From the NCBI GenBank assembly GCA_003344405.1, contig NOWV01000192.1:1-64000 (forward strand): a stretch of DNA of 64,000 bases, read 5' to 3'. Below are positions 52,601 through 64,000 of this stretch, in pieces. Each line of letters opens with the position of its first letter. Position 1 is the first letter of the stretch. The notes under the pieces are model-generated. The model worked only from the letters and a program-made list of their open reading frames with translations. It was not told the DNA's origin and made no database searches. A program made the position numbers and the translations under genes. The stretch is from Trichoplax sp. H2. Its lineage: Eukaryota.

Positions 52601-55600
52601 CTTATACGCATGCAGCTTACTATTGATTACAATGTTTTACAGCGAACCATCATTAATCCAACATGGAAATGATCACAGTATTTTCGTAGAAGTTATTCCT
52701 ACCACTCAAATTACAATAAAATGCGCATATTCTTATATATAATTTACAATTCTATTTCTACCTCTAACCTTATTAATAGCTCAACATCTTACTGTGTATA
52801 GAATCATCTGTACTCTAGCATATTACAGTCTACAATTATGGGCTACTAAATAAATATCATGAGATAAATATAGAAAGACACCAGCGTACATCACACTAAA
52901 CATGGAACAGTCTACAATCACAGTACTAGTTGCTTTACAGTAATAATAACGTAGAAGTAAGCTGTGCTGATAAAAATTACATAAAATTACCAATATTTAA
53001 GTAAATATCACAATAATCGATGACATTAACGAACTCATAGATAGCAGTTTTGTCAATTGATAAAATTATTTTCTGTTTGTAGACACTTTAAGAATCAAAG
53101 ACATTTATGAAGTATCGTAATAGCTACCACAATAAAAAAATCAACAGCTTAATTACTATGAAGCTTAGTATATTTTATTATTATTAGAGGTTTACAAAAT
53201 TATGGTTCATGCTAATTTCTGTAAAGAAAATTAATTGATCCTTCTATTAATTAAGGCAAATCTTTATATACTAGTGTAAGGGTTGGTTTTGTTAAATAAA
53301 AGCAAATGCGCTACACAAACTATCTTAGCTTTGATAAACTCATTGCTAATGATTCTTTAACGCTATTTATTCATAAAGATTTTTTTCATTTGTGCTGCAT
53401 ATGTTGCAATTCATTATGATGACAGCAAACTAAAGGCGTAAAATTTGTTAATACATTAATTTACGAATCAAGTTAAAATGCCTATAGTTTGGCTAATTAT
53501 ATGAGTTGATAAAAAGTGATCTGCAGGATATAAGGCAGAGAAGTAGCGGCACCAATTATATCAATACAGTGTCAATTACTAGAATAGCTGTTCTACTAAA
53601 TATCAAGTTCCGAAAAACATTTGCTGAATCAGCGTACGACAAGAAAAGCTGTATTTGATTTGCTCTTTGTTTCGTAGCTTTGTTCATGACATTTATTGCA
53701 ATCACTAGTATCTACGTTAGTGATCAATTTTATATTACTTGTACCTTACTTTGCTTACTTGCACTATTTTTATCACTATATCATAGAATTGTTTCTTATT
53801 TTTGTCAATATCTAAGAATAATTTTCAATTGATTGCATACTTAAAAACAGTCAGAAAATTCTTATTTCCTTTCAGTAATTTATCATGGAACAGGCTCACA
53901 TCGATCAGTAATCATATATTTAGCAATCTACCTTTATTGACAGAATTGTAAGTCAAATTTGAGTTTATATAGAGAATTCGATTCCTTATAATATCGGATT
54001 TGAGTAAATATTCATAAATGAAAGATTTTAAAGATAAGTTGTAATTCCTTCATTTTAGATTGCTGTTAAATAACTTTGTGAAAAATATTAGCTCGAAAGC
54101 TTTCCAAGAATCATCAAGAATTCGCAAATTGTACGTTAAGTGATATATTAAAAATGTGAAAGATGCGATTAAACGCTCTTATACGCTCCTTACATTCAAA
54201 TTGGCAGAGATTTATCAGGAAATGGAATTGACGTAATTTCGGAACAAACTTTCTCTGATTTGGTCGATATAAGAATCTTGTAAGTTAAAACCTATGTAAT
54301 TATTATCAAATATGATATGGTATTGACTATGTATTCTTTACTTTACTTCGTTAAAATCATTCATAAATCTCGCCTATAATCAGGGAACTCAGAGTATGTT
54401 CCTTTACTGAAATTGGCATTGATTTATTCTCTAAGAATAGTTTCCTTCAACGTTTGTAAGTCATTAATGATGTTAATGTAAATTAAGGTATAAATTTTAT
54501 TTCCACGTACATTTAAGCTAGCAAAGAAAAATCTAATGGACATAAATCAATTGTATTCATTATATTAGAGACCTTGGCGGATGCAATATTAAAACTATTG
54601 CTTCTACAGCTTTTAGGAACTCCAGTTCTTTAGAAATAATGTAAAATGATTTGCGTCATTATATCTTACAATTATCATTAATTAATTAAATGATGTAGTT
54701 AGCTCGTACCATGGGACTACCAAAACTTTATACAGTAAATTGATATAATATGAATAAAATTGAAAATCTCTCACCTCAAAATTGAAGAAATACTGTACTG
54801 AACTTTTGTTTTTTATGCATTATAATTGATACCTTACGTCAGTTGTTGCTTAATTCTATGTTCTCAAATATTTCAAAATTCAGTTAAGATGCTATTCAGC
54901 TAAGTGTATTTGATGGTACTTTTAGACTTCGTTAAAAATTGATTTTCTTTAAACTACAGAAATTTATCTTCTACATTATTACGAAAACTGCCACCCTATA
55001 TATTTGGATCTGATAAAAAGATAATACTGAGAGAGATGTAAGTATATGAAATAAAGAGTGAAGCTTAAATGATTTTGTACAAAATTACTAATTAATACTT
55101 TAATTTAAACGATGTAACCATGAATTGATTCGAGTAAAATAAATTGTGATACACCGTAAAATGATTACAACAATATTTTTAACAAATATTGTTGTATTTA
55201 GCCTATTTTGCACTATTAAAATCTTAAATGTCTTTGGTTAGGTATCTAAATAACAGCTTAATAGAAAGTATTGACGAAAAGTCATTTTATGGATTAAATC
55301 ATTTGGAACTGTTGTAAGATATTAATTGTAATCTTGCCTTATTTTAAAGTGAGTTTTTCCATTTATAGACTTAAATTTTGTTACTATTCACTTTACGATA
55401 GATTTACAAAAGTAAAAGTTTTATAAATTAAATCTTACTACGACCCTTATCTTCCATAAATGACCCAATCAGTTAAACACTCTTTACCTCACGTATTATA
55501 TAACAATAGCACAGTAGAAGCTAGTGTTATTGTAGTCAACCACTTGTTTAACGTATTGTAAGCCAGGTAGTATGATATGAACTTCGATTTTGTACCAGTA

Positions 55601-58600
55601 TTTACACGAAATTGGCAATATTTTTATACTGTTAATAGGGCATTACGTATCATGAGTATAGAGTGAGGATGCGGTCATCTAATATAAATAGAAATATTGT
55701 TGATCTGACAGCAAATTTGACAGTTCCTTTACTTGTCGAATCACGAATGTATCACAAGTTTGGTAATTAACATACTGTATACTGTAGGCCACTATTAAGA
55801 CCAACGTCGAAAGCCACTTTAGGGCTCTTTTATCGATAAAACAATAACTATTCTATCAGTTATCATTTCTAAGTTATTACTTATACTAACAGTAATCAGC
55901 TTCATCTTATACTATCTTTGCAAAAAGTACCTTACTATGAATAATCTTAGTTTTACTTTCTAAAAGATGCAACCTTTTGAGCAGATTTTACATACTGTCT
56001 GACTTGACTATTCTGAATCAAGATTAAATCATCTTTTTACCTTTTACAGATAGTAAAAATTCATAATAAATATAATATAAATACGATGTTGTGTATTAAA
56101 TTTGCTACTATAATTAGGCTAATATGATTTAGAAGTAACGCCATAATTAAATATAAATTACTAATCATATTTTTAGGACGTTAAGTACAAACAATATTCA
56201 AAATTTATCAAGTACTTTTCAGTTTCTGACTGGATTGATTGAATTGTATGTATTATATATATATATACATCTATATTTAAAATCATGTTCCGTAATATCT
56301 TAAATTATGTCATACACAAATGTTTATATGGCTATAATGAATACTTGTATATATTTGTGACGATAGATACGATCTTAAAATATACTGATCAAATCAAATA
56401 AAATCTTGTTATTGATGTTAATAGATGTCACCGCATTTGTCTTTTAGGAATCTGAACGAAAATAAAATTAAGCATTTGGATGGTTATAGATTTAATGGGT
56501 TAAAAGCACTTAAGCGCCTGTAAGTTATATCTTTCATAATAAAACGTAGCCCTAAAGACGTTTTTGCTAGGATTTATGCCTCTTATCAATTATCATTATT
56601 ATATTATAATAATTATAAATGACTACCTAAAATACTCTAGCGATAGCGAATACGGTACAAAGTATAAAACTTACTAACCAATTACCGCCGAAAGTTGGCA
56701 GGCAATGAACTAGTATTAATGTTTCGAGCTAAGAATAGCCCTAACTAGCAATAATAGTTGAGAGTATTTTCTAACATATATTGCTGTTACTTGGAATACC
56801 AGTCAGTTGGTATACTTAGGCAAATAGGATTCAACATTGAGAAACCTATATACTTTCTAAAAAATCACAATCTAATTTATTAGCGGCAAAGCTGTCTCTT
56901 ATATTGGTTTCAGTACCCGAAAACGACGTAATTACACAAGTTACTTCGTCTATTTGAAATTAAACAAATCAATACTCTGAAGAGCCTCTATCTGTATAAA
57001 TTAAACACAGTCTAATCCGATTAAACTTACGGCATCAGTGCAGTATTAAGTTAATCAATTCTTAATAATAGTTAAATTAACAAACCTATATTTGGCTATC
57101 TTACTAATATAATTCCTCCAAACTTAGGAATTGTATTTTTTGACTTAATAACTTTGGAGGAGATAGATATAATCCAGTTAAAGTAGTTGGCAATTACTAG
57201 CTTAGTCTTTCAAATCCTAAATTTAGGATAACTAACATATCAACTGTTAATCACTAAAGTTGCAATAAGACTTAAGTGCCCGTCACGAAAATTACTTAAG
57301 TGACATTTATAATTATGATAATGCAGCAGCTTTTGTGATTATTATAGAATATTAAATAATATATAATTATTTTTTTATTAAGGGACTTTCTAGAAGTATT
57401 ATCAAGTTATTATTACTGGAAATGCTGATTAATTTTTCATTAAATAACAAAGGAAAATCTCGATAACATAGAAGAGATTCTTCTTATAAAAAGTAATTTG
57501 AGTAGCCAATTAGATAGGTGATGTCGAGCTTAGCTAAAATAGCTAATAATATAGTAGAATAGAATACGCGTTGATCCAAAAGTTGAGAGTACGATAAAAG
57601 GTAGAGTGATAACGATTACATCATTACAGAGATTAATATTTGATAAGTATTTCTACTATATAACAAGTTAGGAACTAGTTTTACTGGATCAATGAGGGTG
57701 AAAAATACCTGTTTTATATTATCTTCTTTGCCACAACCTTGAAAGTGACAAATACTTATTAACAGAAACATTTGATAATAATTAAAAAATTTTACGCAGA
57801 TTTTAAATATATTTTAGCAATGGTTATTTATGTACCCGTATTAATGAACACCTCGAAATTTGATTTTTTTTTCGTAATAATTTTAGGTACTTATCTTCAA
57901 ATGAAATAAAATACATCGATAATGAAGCATTTACAGGCCTAATAAAACTAGTAAACTTGTATGTTCTGCAAAGCCAATAATGATTCTTTATTGGCAATAA
58001 CTAGGCTAATAAGGACTTTTTTAATTACTTTCATTTCCAGAAATATCAATAATAACTATCTGACTTCACTTAACCGAACAACCTTCCATGGATTACGCAG
58101 ATTAAATAATTTGTAAGTTTAAAAGAAGGTGTTAACTGGACTGTTTTCATATTTTAGTTTTAAACAATACGATCAAAGGTTGATAAAGATTGAAGTGATG
58201 CTTGACCACATGAATACTTTAATAGCAAATAGTGACAATAATTAGTATCATAACATTTAGTTACCATAGTAATTTTGATGTTATTTGTACTGCAAAGTAA
58301 ATCTCTACTCACTAATCTATTCGATAGGCTTCTGGATGAAAATCAGTTAACAATAATTCAGAATTTTCAATTTTCTGAACTACAAGCTTTGCAAACATTG
58401 TTAGTTATTTATTTTCATCTCTATAAGTCAGAAATATTACAGGATTATTAAATAAAAGCTGCTATAACTTGATTGAAATTAGATCTTTAAGATCAAATAA
58501 AATAGAAGTTGTCCAATCTGAAGCTTTTGAAGGTCTAGACTATATTAAAGAAATGTAAGGAGCTAGATTAATCTAAATTAGTTATTAAAATAACAAAAGA

Positions 58601-61600
58601 GAAATTTATTCGCCAAACAACTAAATCTAAAAGTGAAGTTTAATCCATAATATATACTTAAAATAATCTCAAACTTACAATAAACTAATATTTATGCTTT
58701 TATTTGTAATCACTGCTTCGTGTAACAATTTATAGTTGGCTGGATGGTAATCCCCTGTATCATTTATTAGATTTACCTATGAGCAGCTTCGAAAATCTTA
58801 ATTATTTGTAAGATATAAGAATTTTATTTTTATAATCTAGCATGACTTAAATTTAGGGTCTCAAAAGTAACGTTCTATATTATTTCATACTATAAAATGA
58901 TTGAATTCTCTATGTAATAAGCATTAACCCATTCATAATTTAAAACTCCTTAGAGGTTTATCCAAGACCAAAATGAGTAAAATTGATATGGCTTGTACAA
59001 ATACTAACAATTACAAAGTCAGCAGAATGTAAGTTATGTTATCTTTCATTTTCGAGCGAGAAATATTTATGAAACGATTTTACTTATTCCATTTTCGGTT
59101 ATAATTAGCCTTTATCAGACTAAAAACATTACTCTTGCAAATTATTACAATCAATTACATTGTAATGTAACTTAGTATTGTGATTGTAGACTGTTAGCCA
59201 TGTTTAGTATAATGTACGGTAGCGTAACTTCTATATTTATCCTAAGAGATATTTGGTAGCTATAACTATAGACTGTAGTGGTATAGACTCTATGCTAGAG
59301 TATAGATGACTATATACAGCAAGGTGTTGAGTTACTAATAAGATTATAGGTAAAAATAGAACTGTAAATCATATATTAGGATATGTTTAATTCATTGTAC
59401 TTTGGCTAGTGTGAATAATGTCTACGTAAGTACTGTAGTCGTATCCATATCGGATTAATGATGGTCCGCAGTAGAATAGTGCTACTAAGAATAATTTAAG
59501 TATGTTTAAAATAAGGTAAAAAGTTGCCATGCGGATTGTAGCTGCGAATGCTACGAAAAGTATAAAAGGATGCGACTTAGATTATTCTGTTAGTTCGTTC
59601 TAGAAGTCTTTAATAGTAGTATTCGGCAGCAGTAATAAACGGTTGTTCGCAAAGCAATACATTAAAAGAAAATTCGCAGCTTGATTATCAAGCTCTATTG
59701 CTTTCTTGGCCTAAATTGACTGTTTTATTTGTGATTTTTTGCTTAGGGATTTCTCAAACAACCTAATGCGCGAAATTAAAATTTCTGGATGTTTTAATTG
59801 CTTACAGCATATGTAATTTAAGAATTAATTAATATCAGCAATCATATCGTACTAGCTATCGAAAATAGATTATCAATTTTAATAAATTTTTTCTCTCACG
59901 TTAACCTAGTTGCTGTGATACCGAATGTTACCATTCAACGTCATTAGCTCACAGCGCTTGACCTGATTAATATTAGTTACATATTTGCTTTAATTTTTCA
60001 GCAATATCTCCAGCAACAGGTTCACTACTGATAAAAGCCTATCTTTTCGTAACCTTTCCTGTATTTCATTAATGTAAGTAAATTCTTTACCTCCGATTTT
60101 AATGATTGTATATTCATTCGTGTCATGAATTGGTTAGTTGCTTCATTGTTTTCTTCTAGTTGATGTTGTAATATATTTTATTTAGATATAATGACAAACA
60201 TATCAGTTTAATAGCTTTACTTGCCAAATTATTTAGATCAGACAATATCTTTTCTTGATCAAACATTATAAAGCGAGAGTCTATTTAGTTTATGTAATAA
60301 CGTGACTTCTAAAATATAAAACAAGGACTACAGTTTCATGCAAACTTCAGTTTATCACATAAAATATATTCGTCTCACTACTACTAAGGACTATCTAACT
60401 GCAATCAGACTATCTTCGTGCTTTCTAAATTATCATAGCAATATTCATGATATATATATAAAATTGTTACTCAATGATTTTCCTTCAAGCCCAATCACAT
60501 CTTACCCATTAAGTTACAAGTTCATATCTAAATTTACTATCGCACTATCAATTCATAATTTGCGCTTCTGATTAAAACTCCACAATACAAATCTCATAGT
60601 ACTACAATAATTAGTGCAATCTATTACTATCTCAGAATCTTAATATAAGCATCTCGATACAATTACTACAATACATCCTGTAAAAATCTTCCCCAATTAG
60701 ACACTTAAGGAATCTTTCAACAGAGTGTACAATTTATCTATTTCGCATTATTCCATAATCTTAGACTTAAGCTTATTTGGTGTTTCACTACAGCTTATTA
60801 ATAGAATATTAGAAACATAACTTACGCAAACTTTAACTTTATTCTAACATTACGTAAATATCATTTTAGAGATATTAGCAAAAACAGAATTCCTAAGCTG
60901 TCTTCCGATTTTTTCTCCACTTTACAAGATCCTACAGCACTTTTTGTACTGTATGTATACTTTTTAGTGTATATTAAAAATTTATATATATTTTAATCAG
61001 CATACTGTATTTTGATGAAAGTGTTCGTTATTTTCTTTCATCACTTTCTGTAACTACGCCTTAAAATTTAGAAATATATCTCGCAATCGGCTGGAGTATA
61101 TCCGATCTGATATTTTTTATCCAATAACCGATTTGAAACAGCTGTAAGGGTTTATATTTTATAAATTAATTTGTTTAAGGTCCTAAGGATTACTTATAGC
61201 TTAATTCTTAGCAACATAACCAGAACGATGCTATACAGCACTGTATACCATATTTGAGAGCCATTACTGTTCTACAACTTTTAAGAGGCCTAATTATATA
61301 ATTCTTTAATCACTAGCCTTAGATGGTCATTATTAATCATTGTTAATCGATTTGCTCTTTAATACACATTTCGCTCCAAACTTAAATTTGACATCAACGT
61401 AGTACTCGTAAATCATGCAAATGAGCTAAGTTACAAAATACCATTGACTAAAGAAAGATTAGAAAAATATTGTCATCTTGCTTGTTTGTAAGCAGAAATA
61501 TACAAGATAATCGCCTTGATAAATTGGATTTTATTCAACCTCTGTGTAAACTAAATACACTGTAAGTATATTGTCTACTATAAAGTTGAAATAAGAAAAA

Positions 61601-63420
61601 GAATAGATTTATTCATACACTTACAAACAGATATAGCTTAGTCAATAAGTTCTAAGTTAATTTCTATTCTATGCATGATATACGTAATAGAATTAACGAA
61701 TTTTTATCATAAACTCCTTCATGTCTTTGGCATGCGCTGTGTATTCAGTGTTGAGAACAATGCTAGCTTCTCCATTTATTTGCTGCTATATGTTATATAT
61801 TCTCTGTCCATAAAATTTTACTAGTTCAGCCTCCAAAAATCGGATATCTTCTTTGAAGAGTAGATATTTTCAAAATTTAACAAATCTGCTGAATCTGTAA
61901 GGAAATTAGCTAAAGAATCCATCTTATAAATAAATAAATGGAAGTCAACTTTAGATATCAGTAATTTACTTAAGCATTAGTTAGAAGTCATAATGCTAAA
62001 TTTTTAATTAATATGGCAATGAATTTGATCAAAATTCTATGAAAACATTGTTAGAGATTTTAGCTTTAACGAAATAGTATCTCTTAAAAATGGAATATTT
62101 GAAGGATGCAAAAGTATTGTGAATATGTAAGTCTAAATAATAATATACTTTAGACAATTAGATTTTCAAAAAAATCAATGCTACGTATCATAGAGAACAT
62201 ATAGTAGCATTTACTGTCAAGGTTCTTATTTTTAAAAACTAATAATTCTAAATTTAGGAACCTGAATCATAACAAAATTTCAACCATAGAAAATGAAACG
62301 TTTCGCGGTTTATCAAATTTATATTCGCTGTATGCTGTTGAATCCTTCTGTGCGATAATTATTTATCGCAGTATAAGATTAATAATACGAAAACAGTATA
62401 GGTTATTTGCGTTGAAATAATTATGTTCTGTTACGCTGATTTTAATCTATTAGAGACATCAGCTATAATCGCATGATTTCTTTAAAAGGAATATTTCTTC
62501 AAGATTTAAATCAGCTAAATTCATTGTAAGTAATCGACTCTTTATGTCTTATAATATTATTCATTTCTTTTTCGCTGCAGGGTCTGTTCAGTCTTATGAA
62601 ATTATCACTTCTTATAAGTTACTGCATACACTCATTAATAGTAAATAGTAATTTTTAAAATAACTAGCAGAATGACGTATTCTGAAAAAGGGTGTCCAGC
62701 TTAACAGTAGCAAGCTATATCGTTTCTAATTCTATAATTGACAGAAAATGCGATGGTAATCTAATCTCTTCCTTGGCAGGATCACCGTTTTATAATCTAA
62801 CTAAACTGACTCAATTGTAAGATTACGAGTAACTATAATCTATATTGAATGATTTGACGAATTGTAATCCATGATAGAAAACACATAATTGCAGATAAAA
62901 ATATACTAAGAGGCAATTTCATCACCCTTAAATTATTAATTTTCTATTAGATCTCTGGACTATAATCAAATCATAGATATTGCTAACGATAGTTTCACGA
63001 ATTTGAATATTTTAAGCGAATTGTAAGTTGATGGAACATTTCAAATTTACTTCATTTCATATAGCAGAGTAGTAAAATTAATGTCAAGGAAGTCATTTGT
63101 AATTTACTTATTTCTCAGATCGATTAATAACAATAAACTTTCTGGCTTGTCCTGCAGTTCAATTTACAAAACTATTCAAGATTTGTACGTGATAATGAAA
63201 TAAAAATACATAGTCATACATCAGTCTATTCTATGAAAATTTTTGGTCTTATTTTAATTAATTATTTGAATAATAATTCAAGTACTATTGCTGAGTAACA
63301 ATATGTAACGTAAAATTTGAAATTAAATTTGATTATATCGTTTAGGAAGATAAATCATAACAACATATCTTACATCTCGCCTAGTTGTAATGAAACATTT
63401 GCCAGTTTAAAGAATAGCTT
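31546..63420 (+). CDS. Gene 2: tandem paralogue of gene 1, giant LRR receptor (LGR-like), 3'-truncated by the window; signal peptide + LRRNT + 53 LRR exons (~1,340 aa visible)
   Basis: Exons: 31546-31609 (signal peptide), 34650-34764 (LRRNT), then LRR exons 34961-35032, 35680-35751, 35930-36004, 36365-36436, 36743-36817, 37143-37214, 37406-37480, 38585-38656, 38776-38847, 40229-40300, 41545-41619, 41929-42000, 42187-42261, 43572-43643, 43830-43904, 44839-44910, 45016-45090, 46665-46736, 50038-50109, 50223-50294, 50491-50562, 50987-51058, 51208-51279, 51408-51479, 51584-51655, 53876-53947, 54059-54130, 54208-54279, 54384-54455, 54569-54640, 54960-55037, 55242-55313, 56177-56245, 56448-56519, 57887-57958, 58041-58112, 58328-58399, 58483-58554, 58736-58807, 58954-59028, 59747-59812, 60002-60073, 60870-60950, 61072-61143, 61496-61561, 61825-61896, 62055-62126, 62258-62329, 62454-62525, 62745-62816, 62951-63022, 63119-63184, 63346-63420. 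Exons 44839..63420 match gene 1 exons 2064..20415 one-to-one (38 pairs). The 7TM is inferred, not seen. Confidence 0.9.
33120..33700 (-). mobile_element. Degenerate non-LTR retrotransposon (CR1/L2-like) reverse-transcriptase remnant in gene 2 intron 1
   Basis: Minus-strand motifs in the expected order and spacing: IFVLIDFGKK (~33637-33666, cf. DFSKAFD), SFQQGLI (~33425-33445, cf. GVPQGS), INQVVS*YYIFSDD (IFSDD at 33354-33368, cf. INDL..LFADD). Stops and frameshifts are present. Confidence 0.6.
33825..34090. repeat. Diverged two-copy direct repeat (~130 bp unit)
   Basis: gccttatttaggttaggaaatagttcatgatttagaccatttatttctt (~33895-33943) vs gcattatttagcttaggtgatggttcataatttagatgattttttctt (~34023-34070). 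Confidence 0.55.
34650..34764 (+). CDS. LRR N-terminal cysteine cap (LRRNT) exon of gene 2
   Basis: tag|ct acceptor; encodes (A)LQCPQSCQCTNGSTMKCQNPLMSTFPALMADMVNITYL (CPxxCxC..C motif); ends tt|gtacgt in phase 2. Confidence 0.9.
40318..41380. mobile_element. Family H element (E inserted at its right terminus)
   Basis: tgtcacgaaag start, ..ttgtaacc end, TSD gtaat (40313-17)/gtaat (41381-85); reverse-complement homologue at 56720-57305. Confidence 0.75.
40942..41376 (-). mobile_element. Family E, inserted at the terminus of a family H element
   Basis: tgtcacaacc..ccgtgact ends, TSD aaccg/gaccg. Confidence 0.8.
41800..44050 (+). repeat. Intragenic duplication of an LRR exon pair with flanking introns in gene 2 (~41800-42400 vs ~43440-44050)
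   Basis: Exons 41929/43572 and 42187/43830 and their introns align with each other and with the single gene 1 copy at ~1230-1840. Confidence 0.85.
44104..44665 (-). mobile_element. Family B (reverse)
   Basis: Ends ..gttacattaca, TSD tgcaa/tacaa; highly similar to the reverse complement of 59161-59625. Confidence 0.8.
45208..45737 (-). mobile_element. Family A (reverse, internally deleted)
   Basis: tgtcacaaaacagc..ctgtaaga ends, TSD gttat/gctat. Confidence 0.8.
47212..48060 (-). mobile_element. Family I (reverse), right boundary not resolved
   Basis: 47818-47970 aligns to the reverse complement of 57570-57722; interrupted by E at 47244-47812. Confidence 0.6.
47244..47812 (-). mobile_element. 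Family E, nested ~30 bp inside a family I element
   Basis: tgtcacaaacc..ccgtgaca ends, perfect TSD atata/atata. Confidence 0.85.
48925..49559 (-). mobile_element. Solo-LTR-like element, family A (reverse)
   Basis: tatcacaaaa..ctgtaaca ends, TSD ggcag/agcag; source of ORF 49276..49467, which mirrors ORF 11955..12146. Confidence 0.87.
51747..52945 (+). mobile_element. Family A copy with a family B element inserted in its terminal bases
   Basis: tgttacaatg start; A sequence to 52388, B at 52389-52939, residual gtaat+a, then TSD ttaac/ataac; empty site in gene 1 (~8830). Confidence 0.78.
52389..52939 (-). mobile_element. Family B (reverse), nested at the 3' terminus of a family A copy
   Basis: tgtgataaaatcc..ctttaca ends; reverse complement aligns to 7618-8177; degenerate TSD gtcac/gtaat. 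Confidence 0.8.
56636..57750 (+). mobile_element. Family I element hosting family H
   Basis: tctagcg..aagtgaca ends, perfect TSD aatac/aatac; absent from the gene 1 intron 13283-13501. Confidence 0.75.
56720..57305. mobile_element. Family H (opposite orientation to 40318), nested in family I
   Basis: tgtttcgagc..aagtgaca ends; e.g. 57121-57178 is the reverse complement of 40491-40545 with few mismatches. Confidence 0.75.
59161..59630 (+). mobile_element. Family B, 3'-truncated
   Basis: tgtaatgtaacttagtattgtg start; similarity to family B stops near 59630 before the AATAAA/terminal part. Confidence 0.8.
60293..60792. mobile_element. Solo-LTR-like element, family D
   Basis: tgtaataa..cactaca ends, TSD gttta/gctta; empty site in gene 1 (~17250). 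Confidence 0.82.
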
Positions 63421-63513
63421 GTAAGTGGAATTTCGTTTTAAAAGTTAACACCATACTACAGTACTAGCAAAAAAACATCATTTGCTAACTACTCTTTACC
63501 ATTGCTATTTTAC

Positions 63514-64000
63514 TGTTACGATGTTATCTTAACGTTAGAATAGTTTAATAAGTACATCAGTAGCTAATAAGAAAAATATTCATATTTGTAGTGCTAGGTA
63601 AGATAAGCAATGCCTTAACGTGGATATTATTTGTGACAGTTTATTACATAATTGATATTGATTATTATGCGTAGATAGTAGTAAGATGATTCAACTTCTA
63701 GCTATTGATAGTTGAATTAGACAGCACACGTGCTTAGATTAAGATTGAGTATGAGAAAAAGATTAAAAATATTTACTGATAGAAAAGCTAGAAAGGAGCA
63801 TCTCATTTTGAGATATCTTTCCTAGTAAGGTATAATAATAGTACTGTTGTTTATAAATAGGACGGTTTCTATATAAACGGGAAGTTTAAGTTGAGTTTTG
63901 TGGTGAAAAGTTGGTAGATTTATCTATGCTAATAAAAGTTCTAACTTTACGATACCATCCAATGCGTATTTATCGTTCAGTAAAAGGGCATTTAATTCTG
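63514..64000 (+). mobile_element. Family C copy running off the window end
   Basis: tgttacg start; aligns to 18622 onward; absent from the orthologous gene 1 intron 20416-20601. Confidence 0.82.

Overview
This is AT-rich, intron-rich eukaryotic (animal) DNA; the compact introns and gene family suggest a basal metazoan such as a placozoan, but that is inference only. Almost the whole window is two tandem, same-strand (+) paralogous genes for giant leucine-rich-repeat G-protein-coupled receptors (LGR-like, with a type-C/RXFP-GRL101-like hinge and 7TM). The ORF track misses them because each LRR sits on its own 66-123 bp phase-2 GT-AG exon. Gene 1 (5'-truncated, 76..26702) has 52 LRR exons plus one 1756-bp hinge/7TM/C-tail exon. 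Gene 2 (31546..>63420, 3'-truncated) has a signal-peptide exon, an LRRNT exon and 53 LRR exons; colinearity with gene 1 predicts about 62 LRRs and about 2,170 aa, and no LDLa module was found. All exons read by hand are open. The N-terminal LRR zone is built from a two-exon (72/75 bp) unit whose copy number differs between paralogues. A central run of 14 LRRs has identical exposed xLxxN residues in both genes. The introns hold about 28 copies of about 9 families of 430-630 bp TG..CA elements with 5-bp target-site duplications (solo-LTR-like); most are paralogue-specific and several are nested. Degenerate CR1/L2-type LINE reverse-transcriptase remnants lie in the intergenic region and in gene 2 intron 1. 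All coordinates and alignments were made by eye.
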